Assembly (NCBI GenBank): GCA_964445605.1
Contig: CAYULN010000202.1
Span: 1-47,849 of the forward strand
Direction of reading: 5' to 3'
Length of the DNA: 47,849 bases
From: an uncultured Caulobacteraceae bacterium
GTDB taxonomy: Bacteria; Pseudomonadota; Alphaproteobacteria; Caulobacterales; Caulobacteraceae
Shown: positions 19,061 to 27,998 of the stretch, piece by piece
Layout of the letters: every line of letters starts with the position of its first letter
Numbering within the stretch: position 1 is the stretch's first letter
The notes under the pieces: model-generated
Databases searched by the model: none
The model's input: only the letters and a program-made list of their open reading frames with translations
What the model was told of the DNA's origin: nothing
Translations under genes and position numbers: made by a program

Positions 19061-19855
19061 ATGAAAATGAGTGGGTATTCGACGGATTTAAATGACGACC
19101 AGTGGGAATTAATTAGCGGGTATATACCGAAAGCGAAACGTGGAGGCAGACCCAGAACGACGAACGTTCGTCGTGTGCTAGACGCAATCCTGTATGTAAC
19201 GAGTACGGGCTGCCAATGGCGGCAATTGCCCAAGGACTTTCCAGTTTGGCAAACGGTTTATCGATATTTCACAGCCTGGCAAAAGAAGGGTGTCGTTCGC
19301 AGGATCCAACGTGATTTGTATGAATTTACGCGCATGGTTCTTGAACGAACGATGGCACCCAGTGCAATTGTCATCGACTCACAATCCGTGAAAACTGGCA
19401 AAGCTGGTGGACCCCGCGGTTACGATGGCGGCAAGCACACGAACGGCCGTAAGCGTCACCTAATAACTGATACATTAGGACTGATGGTCGACGTACATGT
19501 GACGCCAGCGAATGTGCACGACACGAAAGGTGCCAAGCTCGTTATAAAAAAGATGAAGAAATGGATCGATAAACTGCCCAAGGTCATTTTCGCTGACAAA
19601 GGCTATCAAGGTTCACCGTTCGCAAATTGGGTCAAAAAGATCATTGGTGCTCGTGTTGAGACATCAAAGAACCCTGCAATGATAGCCAAAAGATTCATAG
19701 CTGTGGCAAAGCGCTGGGTCGTTGATCGGGCCTTCTCTTGGCTAGGTAATTATCGCAGTCTCGACAAGGATCAAGAACGTAAAATCTCACACAGCACGGC
19801 GTTCATACGCCTCGCTATGATCTCGTTCATGCTTCGAAATTTGTCGAGTTTGTAA
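19061..19855 (+). CDS. IS5-family transposase (IS1031-like), third catalytic residue Asp rather than Glu
   Basis: YSTDLNDDQW, TGCQWRQLPKDFP.WQTVY, IDSQSVK, GYDGGK..GRKRH, ADKGY, RWVVDRAFSWL. Confidence 0.92.
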   Translation: MKMSGYSTDLNDDQWELISGYIPKAKRGGRPRTTNVRRVLDAILYVTSTGCQWRQLPKDFPVWQTVYRYFTAWQKKGVVRRIQRDLYEFTRMVLERTMAPSAIVIDSQSVKTGKAGGPRGYDGGKHTNGRKRHLITDTLGLMVDVHVTPANVHDTKGAKLVIKKMKKWIDKLPKVIFADKGYQGSPFANWVKKIIGARVETSKNPAMIAKRFIAVAKRWVVDRAFSWLGNYRSLDKDQERKISHSTAFIRLAMISFMLRNLSSL

Positions 19856-20154
19856 ATTGTGTAAAGTTTGATCGTTACGCTACGTATCTAATTGCGCAAA
19901 TTTTGCAGCGGGAATTTCAATTTCCAAGCAATGTTTTTAGCAAATTAATTTGCTAAATTTTTAGCAAATTTGTCGGTTAAAAATTGATTAAAAATTTATA
20001 TCGTTGACAGTAGCGCCTAATAAGCGTTACAAAACACATCAACGATGTTCACCGAAATGACCAAGGAGAGTCAACGGGACTCGCAATTTTCTACGCATGA
20101 CAATTCGTCGAAGCGATACGTCGCATCGATTTTCTGTGTTTCTAAGAGTGGGTG

Positions 20155-20222
20155 TGGACGTGAGGGGACTTGCACCCCCTGGACCTCGGATGGAAAGCCC
20201 GGCCCAACACTATGTCACGCCC
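20155..20222 (-). ncRNA. Candidate tRNA-like RNA lacking a D-stem, with G3:U70 and A73
   Basis: GGGCGTG/CACGTCC-A acceptor, GGGGG-TGCAAGT-CCCCT T-arm, bulged 8-bp arm with 7-nt loop. Confidence 0.4.
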
Positions 20223-20225
20223 CAC

Positions 20226-20262
20226 AAAGGCCCTGCTGTAAAAGGCGGGGCCTTTCGCTTTT
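20226..20262 (+). terminator. Rho-independent terminator
   Basis: AAAGGCCCTGC/GCGGGGCCTTT stem followed by CGCTTTT; its G:U pair favours the plus strand. Confidence 0.7.
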
Positions 20263-20375
20263 CAGGGTCACCGGTCAGAATAGCCGATAATGCGCTCGCC
20301 GAAAAGGGGATATTTACAGATTTTTAATCATAACTCAAGCGGTTACATTTCGCAAAAGCGTAAAGAGTCTGTGCG

Positions 20376-20579
20376 CTATGTAAGTGTTTTGAAGTGGCGC
20401 TTACAAAGGTCAGTGAGCCACTTCCGTTTGAAACTATCGTCCAAAACAGATCGAGCTTCCGGATAGCCCTCGCGATATCTCAGTTCAAATTCTATCTCGA
20501 TCCAGCGCGAGAATCGGCCAGTTTCAGCAAGCTCATCTGCCCGCCGCCAAATGTAAGCATGCCGCTCAGCTTTTTTCAT
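20376..20579 (-). CDS. Small hypothetical protein, 67 aa
   Basis: Protein-like helical composition; the RA.ELA..G.......I...L...EGY pattern resembles small alphaproteobacterial hypothetical proteins (recollection, unverified). Confidence 0.65.
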   Translation of the reverse strand: MKKAERHAYIWRRADELAETGRFSRWIEIEFELRYREGYPEARSVLDDSFKRKWLTDLCKRHFKTLT

Positions 20580-20851
20580 AAAGCGATGATATTTGAATGG
20601 CCTACCAAGGTCTAATCAGGTTTATGTGAGCGAATGCCCAAATTAGCGCTTATTTCACTAATAAAAACAAAGCGCTATTGAGCGACTTACGAGACACTTT
20701 CTCAGGCATCGGTGCCTGATAGGACGCCTTCGCGGGCGTTTTCCTCCAGAAAATTTGCGATTCTTCCGACGCGGCGAAATTATCACACAATTTAAAACGC
20801 ACCAGACCGTCGGCGGGTTTCACCGACGGCATGATCGGATCTGGGCTGCTT

Positions 20852-22459
20852 TCATGCATAGACCTTGAAACGGACATTCCGGAAACGCGCCTCGCCCTCG
20901 CCCGAGGCGAAGAGGCCGGGCTTCAATGCCATGAATCCGCCGCGGACGTTGTGGTGGTACCCGGAAACCTCGAATGTCCGTTCGAACCGTTTCCAGTTGA
21001 TGCCGTCCACCGAGGTATGGACGCGGACGATGTGCTCCATGTTCCTGAGCCGCAAATACATCCGCCGGCCGAACGGATTGGGATACCGGCTGTGTTCGAT
21101 GCCGTATTTGTGACCGATAAATTGCGCGGAATCGAAGCTTACGCCCGCATAGAGCTGCGAATCGTAAAACAGGATAAGACCGGCGCGGGCGCCTTCGTCC
21201 ACCTCGACCTCGCACGCGAATTCATAGTCCGGCTCGCCTGCGACAAACAACAGGGGTGATGAAGAGGAAGGCGCATCTCCCGAAGCGGTCAGATGCAGTA
21301 CGCCGTTATCGCGGCGCAGGCGCTTGCCCTCCTCAGGCGAAGGATTGAAGAAGGCCCACTGCAGGCCGTACTTGTCCGTGCTGAAATCGTCCGACAACGG
21401 CATGCCGTGCGGGCCCGCCACACCGCCTCTGGGCTTCGGCAACGGCTTCGACAGGTCTCCGCCGCCAAAATCGAACCAGCCGTCCGCCGACCAGGTGACC
21501 GGCGCCAGCAGCGTCTGGCGGCCAAGCGTCCAGAAGCCGTTTTCATAACCGTGATAGACGCTCCACCAGTCGCCGGCCGGGCCTTCCACCAGGGTGGCAT
21601 GGCCGCGCGACCACCACTTTTCGGCCTTGGATCGCGTGTGAACCAGCGGATTGCGCGGGTGGTGCTCCCATGGACCGTCGATCGACTTCGATCGTGCGGC
21701 GATGACCATGTGGCCGGTCGGCGGTCCGGCCGTGCCGCCCGCCGCCAGGATCATGTAGTAATAGTCGCCGTGGCGGGTGATCTTGGGGCCTTCCGGCGCG
21801 AAACCTTCCGCGTCCCACTCGTCCGGAAACCGCCAGGGATCGTAGACGTGCTCCGTCTTGCCGACGGTGCGCAGGCCGTCGTCCGACAACCGAACGCGGT
21901 CGCCCTTGGACAGGAAGAGCCAGCGGGAACCGTCCTCGCCCACGGCATGACCAGGATCGATCTGGTCCGGCAGGTCAAGATCGACGGGGTCGGACCATGG
22001 TCCCTTGATATTGTCGGCCCAGATCACCCAGGAGGTTCTTTTCGAGCCGGGCGCCTGGGTTGGCATGGTCGGGATATAGATGAAATACCGCCCCTCGTGT
22101 TTACATAGTTCCGGCGCCCAGACCGAGCCGATATTGCGCGTCAGCGCCGGACCGACGGGCTGCCAGTTCACCAGGTCCCGGCTGTGCCATATGACAAGCC
22201 CCGGATAGGCGTCGAACGAGGAAAAGGTCATGTAGTAGTCGTCACCATCCTTCAGGATGGACGGGTCGGGATGATCGCCCGACAGGATGGGATTAAGGAA
22301 GGTTCCGTCGCTCAGATCGGCCTTTCTCTGGCCCTCGACACCCCTTTTCCAATCCTTCGGGCCCACCTCATTCCGGGATGTGGCGCTTGCGGCATTCGGC
22401 GCGCCCAAGGCCAGCACGCCCATTGAAAACGAAGCGAACAGCTCTCTGCGATTGGTCAT
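20852..22459 (-). CDS. GH43 beta-xylosidase/arabinofuranosidase, Tat-exported
   Basis: NRRELF twin-arginine signal; NPILSGDHPDPSI, WAPE, IDP, EGP, GHATLV; C-terminal beta-sandwich. Confidence 0.93.
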   Translation of the reverse strand: MTNRRELFASFSMGVLALGAPNAASATSRNEVGPKDWKRGVEGQRKADLSDGTFLNPILSGDHPDPSILKDGDDYYMTFSSFDAYPGLVIWHSRDLVNWQPVGPALTRNIGSVWAPELCKHEGRYFIYIPTMPTQAPGSKRTSWVIWADNIKGPWSDPVDLDLPDQIDPGHAVGEDGSRWLFLSKGDRVRLSDDGLRTVGKTEHVYDPWRFPDEWDAEGFAPEGPKITRHGDYYYMILAAGGTAGPPTGHMVIAARSKSIDGPWEHHPRNPLVHTRSKAEKWWSRGHATLVEGPAGDWWSVYHGYENGFWTLGRQTLLAPVTWSADGWFDFGGGDLSKPLPKPRGGVAGPHGMPLSDDFSTDKYGLQWAFFNPSPEEGKRLRRDNGVLHLTASGDAPSSSSPLLFVAGEPDYEFACEVEVDEGARAGLILFYDSQLYAGVSFDSAQFIGHKYGIEHSRYPNPFGRRMYLRLRNMEHIVRVHTSVDGINWKRFERTFEVSGYHHNVRGGFMALKPGLFASGEGEARFRNVRFKVYA

Positions 22460-22518
22460 ATCCTCACCTGATTGATTGGGTTTTCCGCATTGGCTGCCAA
22501 CCCACCGGCTGACGCAAC

Positions 22519-22556
22519 AAAAAAGGGAAGTCTGGCGATGTCCTCGCCAGACTTCC
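22519..22556 (-). terminator. Terminator/attenuator between the TonB transducer and GH43
   Basis: GGAAGTCTGGCGA/TCGCCAGACTTCC stem plus U6 on the minus strand. Confidence 0.8.
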
Positions 22557-22629
22557 AGTTAGAGAGAACGCCACCAGGAGATGATTGGAGGCGTTTGTTG
22601 GCCGGTCCGAGACCGGACCGGCCAAAACC

Positions 22630-25600
22630 TTAGAACAGCTTCTTCACGCCGACGAAGTAGCTGCGGCCATAGATTTCGTAGACGCCAGGCGCGGTGCCGA
22701 GGCCCCAGGTTTGGGCGCCCGAGCCGAGGATCGGCGGGTCCTTGTCGAACAGGTTGGTGATGCCGCCATAGATCTCGGTCTTGGCCGGCAGGCTGACCGA
22801 GAAGGACAGATCGATATAGTGGATGCCGTCGACCTTGCCGGCGGACACGTCCTGCAGGGCCGGAGGCGTCAGGCCCTGGCGCAGCGGCAGCAGATAGACG
22901 TCCTTGATCACCTGGCCGGTATAACGGTCATGCACCGACAGGGTCACGGGGCCATTGCGCCAGGTCACCCGCGTCACGCCCTTCCATTTGGGCGCCGGCT
23001 GACCGCACGTGATGCCGTAGGAGCCGACGCATTCCTGTTCCAGCGGCAGGGCCTGCACCGGAATAAAGGTATATTCGCTGGTGTAGCTCCAGCTCGTGCT
23101 CAAATCGAGGCGGCTGGGTCCGCCGAAGGGCGAGTAGGTCAGGTTCCAGCCATATTGGCCATTGAAGTCAATGCCCGAGGTCTTGATGCCGCCGGTGTTG
23201 GCGAAGAACTGGTCGACATAGTAGGGATCGACGATGTTGCTGGGTGTCAGCTCACCCGACGACGGATCGCGGTGGATCGCCTTGCAGTACGGGCTGTTGA
23301 CGTCCTTGATGATGTAGTAGCACAGGTTGAAGGTATTGGAGAGGTTGCCGCCCAAGGAGGAAATGGCGCCATCGAGCTTGATCTTGTACCAGTCGACGCT
23401 GAGCGCCAGGCCAGGTACCTGCGACGGCGTATAGACCGCGCCGATAGTCAGGGTATCGGCGGTTTCCGGACCGACGTTCGGGTTGCCGCCGGTCAGCGTG
23501 CCGATCTGGGCGTTCGGCTGAACCGCGCCGCCGAAGACGTTCGCCGTCGGCACGCCGGTGGCGATACACAGCGCCCGGACATCGGCCGTTTGTAGGGACA
23601 CGGAGACGCGGTTGGAGCAGGGATCGTTGACGACCGGCGTCGGCTGGGCCTGTGGGGAGAAGAGTTCGTCGACGCCCGGCGCCCGGATCGCCCTCTGCGA
23701 CTGCGCGCGAATGCTCAGGTCGTGCTGGGGTTGCCACTGGATGCCCAGGGAGTGGGTCCAGACGCCGCCGACACCGGAGGTATTATACTCCGAATAGCGG
23801 GCGGCGCCGTTGATGGCGAGGCGTTCGGCGAACGGCAGGTCGGCGAGGATCGGTACCCGAACTTCGACATAGGCTTCCTTGACCGTGGTGCTGCCGGTAA
23901 CCGCCGGCGGAATGCCGTTGGGGTTGACCGATTCGCCGATGGTCCCCATGGCGTCCGGCTTCACGTCCAGCTTGTTGTAGCGCCATTCGAAGCCGGTGTT
24001 GAAGTCGATGGCGCCGGCCGGCAGGTGGAAGATCGAACCGGTCAGGTTTCCGGCCAGGATCTGCTGTTCGTTGATGGTGACATTGGTCGACGGCACCGTG
24101 ATCGCAGCGTAGGCGGCCGACGTAATGTTCGGCCCGAAGATGTTCATCACCGGCGCCGCGCTGCCTTGCGACAGGACGGCAGCCTGCAACTTGCTGCGCG
24201 AAATGGCGGCGGTCTGGCTGTCGGTCTGCTGGGTATGGGCGTAGCTGTAATAGATGTCGTAGTTCAGGGTGTCGGTGAGTCCGCCCTTCAGGCCCATGAC
24301 CGTGCGGAAAACGTTGCGTTCCGTTACGGCGATACCGGGGCCGCCTTCGGCGAAGCGGCGATTGGCGGTGATGAGGGCCTTACCATCGTTAGGGGCGTTG
24401 GTGTAGTTGGTCAGGCCGGCGGAAACGGTGGTGGTTCCCGTTTCGGAAAGGTCGAGCTGATGCAGGACCTCCTGATCGGCCGCCGACAGGTAGGGGTTAT
24501 TGATATTGATCAGGAGATTGGTCGTCAGCGCCAACGGGGCGATCTGCACGTTGGTGAAGTAGTTCGAATAGTGGCCCTCGAGATAGGCCGTCGCATGATC
24601 GTTCAGGTCGTAGTGCGCGAAGCCGTTGAGCATCCAGCGGCGCAACGGCAGCTGCATCAGGTTCAGTGGTGTGTTGTTGTAGCGATCGGCGGGGTCCAGG
24701 GCCGGACGGGCCGACGTGCTGTTGGGGTCAAAGGTGAAACCGAAGGTGGTCATGTTTTGCAGGCCCGCCGCCAGTATGGCCGCATTCATGCCGGCGCTGT
24801 TGCCGGCGGCGTTATAAAGCGGCACTCCGGTGAAACGGCCACCAGGAATCGTCGCCGAATTAGTGGCGATGAAGCCCGGCACGCCGCCAATGCCCGTGCA
24901 GGTTTGGCCGGACGGCACAGCCAGGGCCGTGCTCGGTCCCTGGGCATTGAACGACGCCGCGGTCACACAGCTGTCGCTCAAGCCCACTGCCGCCCACGGA
25001 AACTGACTACGATAGATGGCCCCCCGGTCCTCGTAGTCCAGGGACAGCACGGCATTGCCCCTCCCCTCGCCGAAATTGCCGCCCATGGTGAAATCGACCG
25101 AGCTGGTCGGCGTGCCGGTATGCTCATCCCACTTGGTCTGGGCGTTGATTTCTGCGCCTTCGAAATCGTCGCGCAGAATGAAGTTGACCACACCGGCGAG
25201 CGCATCCGAGCCGTAGACCGCCGAGGACCCGCCGGTGACGATTTCGACGCGCTTCACCAGCGCCGACGGAATGGTGTTCAAATCGGTCAGGTTGGCGGTG
25301 CTGGTGATGGTGAAACGGCGACCGTTGACCAGGGTCAGGCTGCGGCGTTCGCCGAGCCCGCGCAGGTTCAGCGCGGCTATACCCTGGGCCTGCCCATTGC
25401 CGGCGGAGTTATAGAGATTGCCAAGGAATTGCGGGCTTTGCACCAGGGTGGTTTCGACGTTCTGACCGCCCGACAGCTTCAACTCCTGCGAGTCGACGAC
25501 CGTGACCGGCGACGGCGCCTTGTAGCCTTTTGTGGCCAGGCGCGAACCGGTGACAACGACGACCTGCTGATCGGTGGCGGCGGCCGGAGTGGCCACTTCG

Positions 25601-25965
25601 GCAGCGGCGGGTCGGCCGGATGCCGCATCGGCGGCGCGGGCCTGGCCCGAGATCAGGATCACGCCGGGGCTCGAGGTATCGAACGTCAGACCGGTGTCCT
25701 GAAGCAGGATGCCGAGCGCGTCGGTGTCGGCGTAGCTGCCGACCAGGGAATGACTCTTCTTCTGCCGGGCCAGCGAGCCGTCGTACAGGACCTGGACATT
25801 CGACGTGGCGCTGTAGCTTTTCAGCGCCTTCGCCAGGTTCTGGGATGGAATGTTGTAAGCGTGCGCGCCGGTCTGGGCGCCCGCCGGAAAAGCGCCGAAC
25901 AGTACAGCCGCAATTCCTGCCCCCGTCATCAATCGCAATACGTTGCGAGACTTAGCCTTGTTCAT
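22630..25965 (-). CDS. TonB-dependent transducer with N-terminal signalling (STN) domain
   Basis: YNIPSQNLAKAL...LGILLQDTGL STN domain, VVVTGSR TonB box, LRGLG..R.L.LVNGRR plug, terminal Phe. Confidence 0.92.
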   Translation of the reverse strand: MNKAKSRNVLRLMTGAGIAAVLFGAFPAGAQTGAHAYNIPSQNLAKALKSYSATSNVQVLYDGSLARQKKSHSLVGSYADTDALGILLQDTGLTFDTSSPGVILISGQARAADAASGRPAAAEVATPAAATDQQVVVVTGSRLATKGYKAPSPVTVVDSQELKLSGGQNVETTLVQSPQFLGNLYNSAGNGQAQGIAALNLRGLGERRSLTLVNGRRFTITSTANLTDLNTIPSALVKRVEIVTGGSSAVYGSDALAGVVNFILRDDFEGAEINAQTKWDEHTGTPTSSVDFTMGGNFGEGRGNAVLSLDYEDRGAIYRSQFPWAAVGLSDSCVTAASFNAQGPSTALAVPSGQTCTGIGGVPGFIATNSATIPGGRFTGVPLYNAAGNSAGMNAAILAAGLQNMTTFGFTFDPNSTSARPALDPADRYNNTPLNLMQLPLRRWMLNGFAHYDLNDHATAYLEGHYSNYFTNVQIAPLALTTNLLININNPYLSAADQEVLHQLDLSETGTTTVSAGLTNYTNAPNDGKALITANRRFAEGGPGIAVTERNVFRTVMGLKGGLTDTLNYDIYYSYAHTQQTDSQTAAISRSKLQAAVLSQGSAAPVMNIFGPNITSAAYAAITVPSTNVTINEQQILAGNLTGSIFHLPAGAIDFNTGFEWRYNKLDVKPDAMGTIGESVNPNGIPPAVTGSTTVKEAYVEVRVPILADLPFAERLAINGAARYSEYNTSGVGGVWTHSLGIQWQPQHDLSIRAQSQRAIRAPGVDELFSPQAQPTPVVNDPCSNRVSVSLQTADVRALCIATGVPTANVFGGAVQPNAQIGTLTGGNPNVGPETADTLTIGAVYTPSQVPGLALSVDWYKIKLDGAISSLGGNLSNTFNLCYYIIKDVNSPYCKAIHRDPSSGELTPSNIVDPYYVDQFFANTGGIKTSGIDFNGQYGWNLTYSPFGGPSRLDLSTSWSYTSEYTFIPVQALPLEQECVGSYGITCGQPAPKWKGVTRVTWRNGPVTLSVHDRYTGQVIKDVYLLPLRQGLTPPALQDVSAGKVDGIHYIDLSFSVSLPAKTEIYGGITNLFDKDPPILGSGAQTWGLGTAPGVYEIYGRSYFVGVKKLF

Positions 25966-26371
25966 CCTTGTTTCCTCTTTTTTTGTCGCGTTCGCTATCC
26001 AGCCAACTCAACAAAAGACCCCGGACCCGGCGAATCCCTCCAAAGTTTTTTTGCCGTTCCCGCCCATAGTGCCGAAATTGTCACACAATATTCGCAATTG
26101 CCATTGGTCTGACCTTTTGGGAACCGCATTATGGCCTGTGAACGCGCGAGTAAAAACTATCCGTCCAGAGCTGATTCCGTTATTTTGCAGCGATAATACG
26201 ACCACACCACGGATTTCTAGAGCTAACGACGGAGCTGTGAAAGCCCAAATGATGGGATGGAATTTCCCGGCAACCGCCTATAAGGTCGACGACCAGAAGA
26301 ATTGGCCTTACATGAGGCATGTATCCGCGTACCCTCAGAAAACCGCATCGTCATCACCGGGAAGCGAGACA

Positions 26372-26911
26372 ATGCCAGATACCCCAAACGGGCAAAGAAC
26401 CCGCGAAAAGCAAAAGGTTATCGAGGCCTTTTACACGCGCTACAAAACGGCCCTGAAAGGGTATTTCCTGAGGCGTGTCCAGAACCATGCCGAGGCCGAT
26501 GATCTGACCCAGGAACTGCTGGTCAGGGTGACCCGCCAGGTCGACCGGGAGGAGATCGAAAATCCCGACGCCTTCGTGTTCAAGGTTGCCGCCAACCTGC
26601 TGCGCAGCCGGGGCCGGGAATGGCAAAGGCACGCGAAATTCGGCGATCAGCTGGATCATCTCGTCAAAAGTGTGGAGGTTTTGTCGCCTGAACGCGTCTT
26701 AGTGGACAAGCAGTCGTTGGAGCGGCTGCTGAAACACCTGGATTCGCTCAATCCGCGCGCCCGGGAGGTCTTCTTTTTGCACAGGTTGGAAGGCATGAAA
26801 TACGCGGAAATTGCCCTGATTCATGGTATGTCCGTCAGCACCGTGGAAAAAGACATCAGCAAGGCGATCGCCCACCTGGCCCGGTGCGCCGCCGAACTAC
26901 GAGACGAGTGA
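26372..26911 (+). CDS. ECF sigma factor (FecI-like)
   Basis: EADDLTQE region 2; LNPRAREVFFLHRLEGMKYAEIA...SVSTVEK region 4; start moved to ATG 26372. Confidence 0.88.
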   Translation: MPDTPNGQRTREKQKVIEAFYTRYKTALKGYFLRRVQNHAEADDLTQELLVRVTRQVDREEIENPDAFVFKVAANLLRSRGREWQRHAKFGDQLDHLVKSVEVLSPERVLVDKQSLERLLKHLDSLNPRAREVFFLHRLEGMKYAEIALIHGMSVSTVEKDISKAIAHLARCAAELRDE

Positions 26912-27943
26912 GTGCCCGAACCTTCCGAATCTACCCGCGATGTGTACGACGTCGCCGCCGACTGGTGGCAGCGCGTACGTGAGGGCACGCCGGAAGATCT
27001 CATCGCGTTGAACCAATGGCTCGAGGAAGATGACCGACACCGGATCGCCTTCGAGCATGTTCGTACGTCATGGGAAAGTCTTTCGGAGTTCCACGTCGCG
27101 CCGGAAATCCTGCGCATGCGCACGCAATACCTTTCCCGCGCCGAAAAGAAGTGGCGCGACCGGCTGGGTGCCGGTTCGCCGACGCGACGCGGCGCCAGCG
27201 CCCTGGCGGCGGCGGCCGTCGGCGCCGCCATCGTCGTTCCGGTCGTTCTGTTCTTCGGACACCGCGACATTCGCTCGATAGTGACTGGCCTGGGCGAGCA
27301 GCGCGTGCTCGTGCTTTCCGACGGCTCTCGCGTCACCATGGATGCGAATTCCCGGCTCGAGGTGAATTTCGACGGAGAACTGCGCCGGCTGACCCTGGCC
27401 AAGGGGCGCGTCCATTTCGACGTCGCCAAGGATGCGGCGCGGCCGTTCCGGGTCCGGGCGCTCGACAACACGGTGACGGCCGTCGGTACGGCCTTCACCG
27501 TCGAGGTCCGCAAACAAATTGTCTCCGTCACACTTTTCGAAGGCCGGATCACGGTGGCGAACGCCAAGACCGGTGAAACCAAGGACACGGCGTTCTTCCC
27601 GGAGGTCGCGCCGGGGCAGCAAATCGTCATCAACGAGGCCAAGCCGGCGTCGCCGCAATATAGTCAGGTCGACGAGCACCGGGCCTTGGCGTGGCGCGAC
27701 AGTCAGCTGTTTTTCGAGGAAGAGCCGCTGAGCAGCGTCGCCGACCGCATGAACGATTATTCGAAGCTCAAAATTTCCGTTAGTGGCAGCGCGAACGATA
27801 TCCCCATCTCCGGAATGTTCATCGCCGGACAAACCGACACCTTCGTTCGCGCCGTGCAGAAATTCTATCCCGTCAATGTCGTACGGACCAGTAACGGCAT
27901 CACCATTCAGCGCCAAGCAATGGGCGAAGGCAAAACACGATAA
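26912..27943 (+). CDS. FecR-family anti-sigma/transmembrane sensor
   Basis: AADW..R...WL....HR.AF N-terminus, one TM helix, TGLGEQR...LSDGS...DANS, GTAFTV, AWR..QL.F. Confidence 0.93.
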   Translation: MPEPSESTRDVYDVAADWWQRVREGTPEDLIALNQWLEEDDRHRIAFEHVRTSWESLSEFHVAPEILRMRTQYLSRAEKKWRDRLGAGSPTRRGASALAAAAVGAAIVVPVVLFFGHRDIRSIVTGLGEQRVLVLSDGSRVTMDANSRLEVNFDGELRRLTLAKGRVHFDVAKDAARPFRVRALDNTVTAVGTAFTVEVRKQIVSVTLFEGRITVANAKTGETKDTAFFPEVAPGQQIVINEAKPASPQYSQVDEHRALAWRDSQLFFEEEPLSSVADRMNDYSKLKISVSGSANDIPISGMFIAGQTDTFVRAVQKFYPVNVVRTSNGITIQRQAMGEGKTR

Positions 27944-27998
27944 GGCTGCGGCAGATTTTCCGACCGGCGCCGCAAAAGATCAGCGATATGCCTACGCC

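Larger units (their letters stand above)
16266..20701. mobile_element. AT-rich IS5/IS1031-type transposon-like element with passenger genes
   Basis: Sharp drop in GC; left end GAGGCCGTTTCGAAA, right end TTACGAGACACTTTC (inverted); TCA immediately outside both ends (16263-65, 20702-04); internal IS5 transposase. Confidence 0.6.

Noticed and set aside
20153-20223. Canonical tRNA or tmRNA gene
   Set aside because: No D-stem, non-standard T-loop, pyrimidine at position 37, no tag reading frame; kept only as tRNA-like.
20045-20327. Plus-strand 81-aa and 76-aa ORFs
   Set aside because: They run through a terminator and structured RNA, lack an RBS and are not protein-like.
25943-26371. Long N-terminal extension of the ECF sigma factor
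   Set aside because: Overlaps the divergent gene start and promoter region; sigma similarity begins after 26372.
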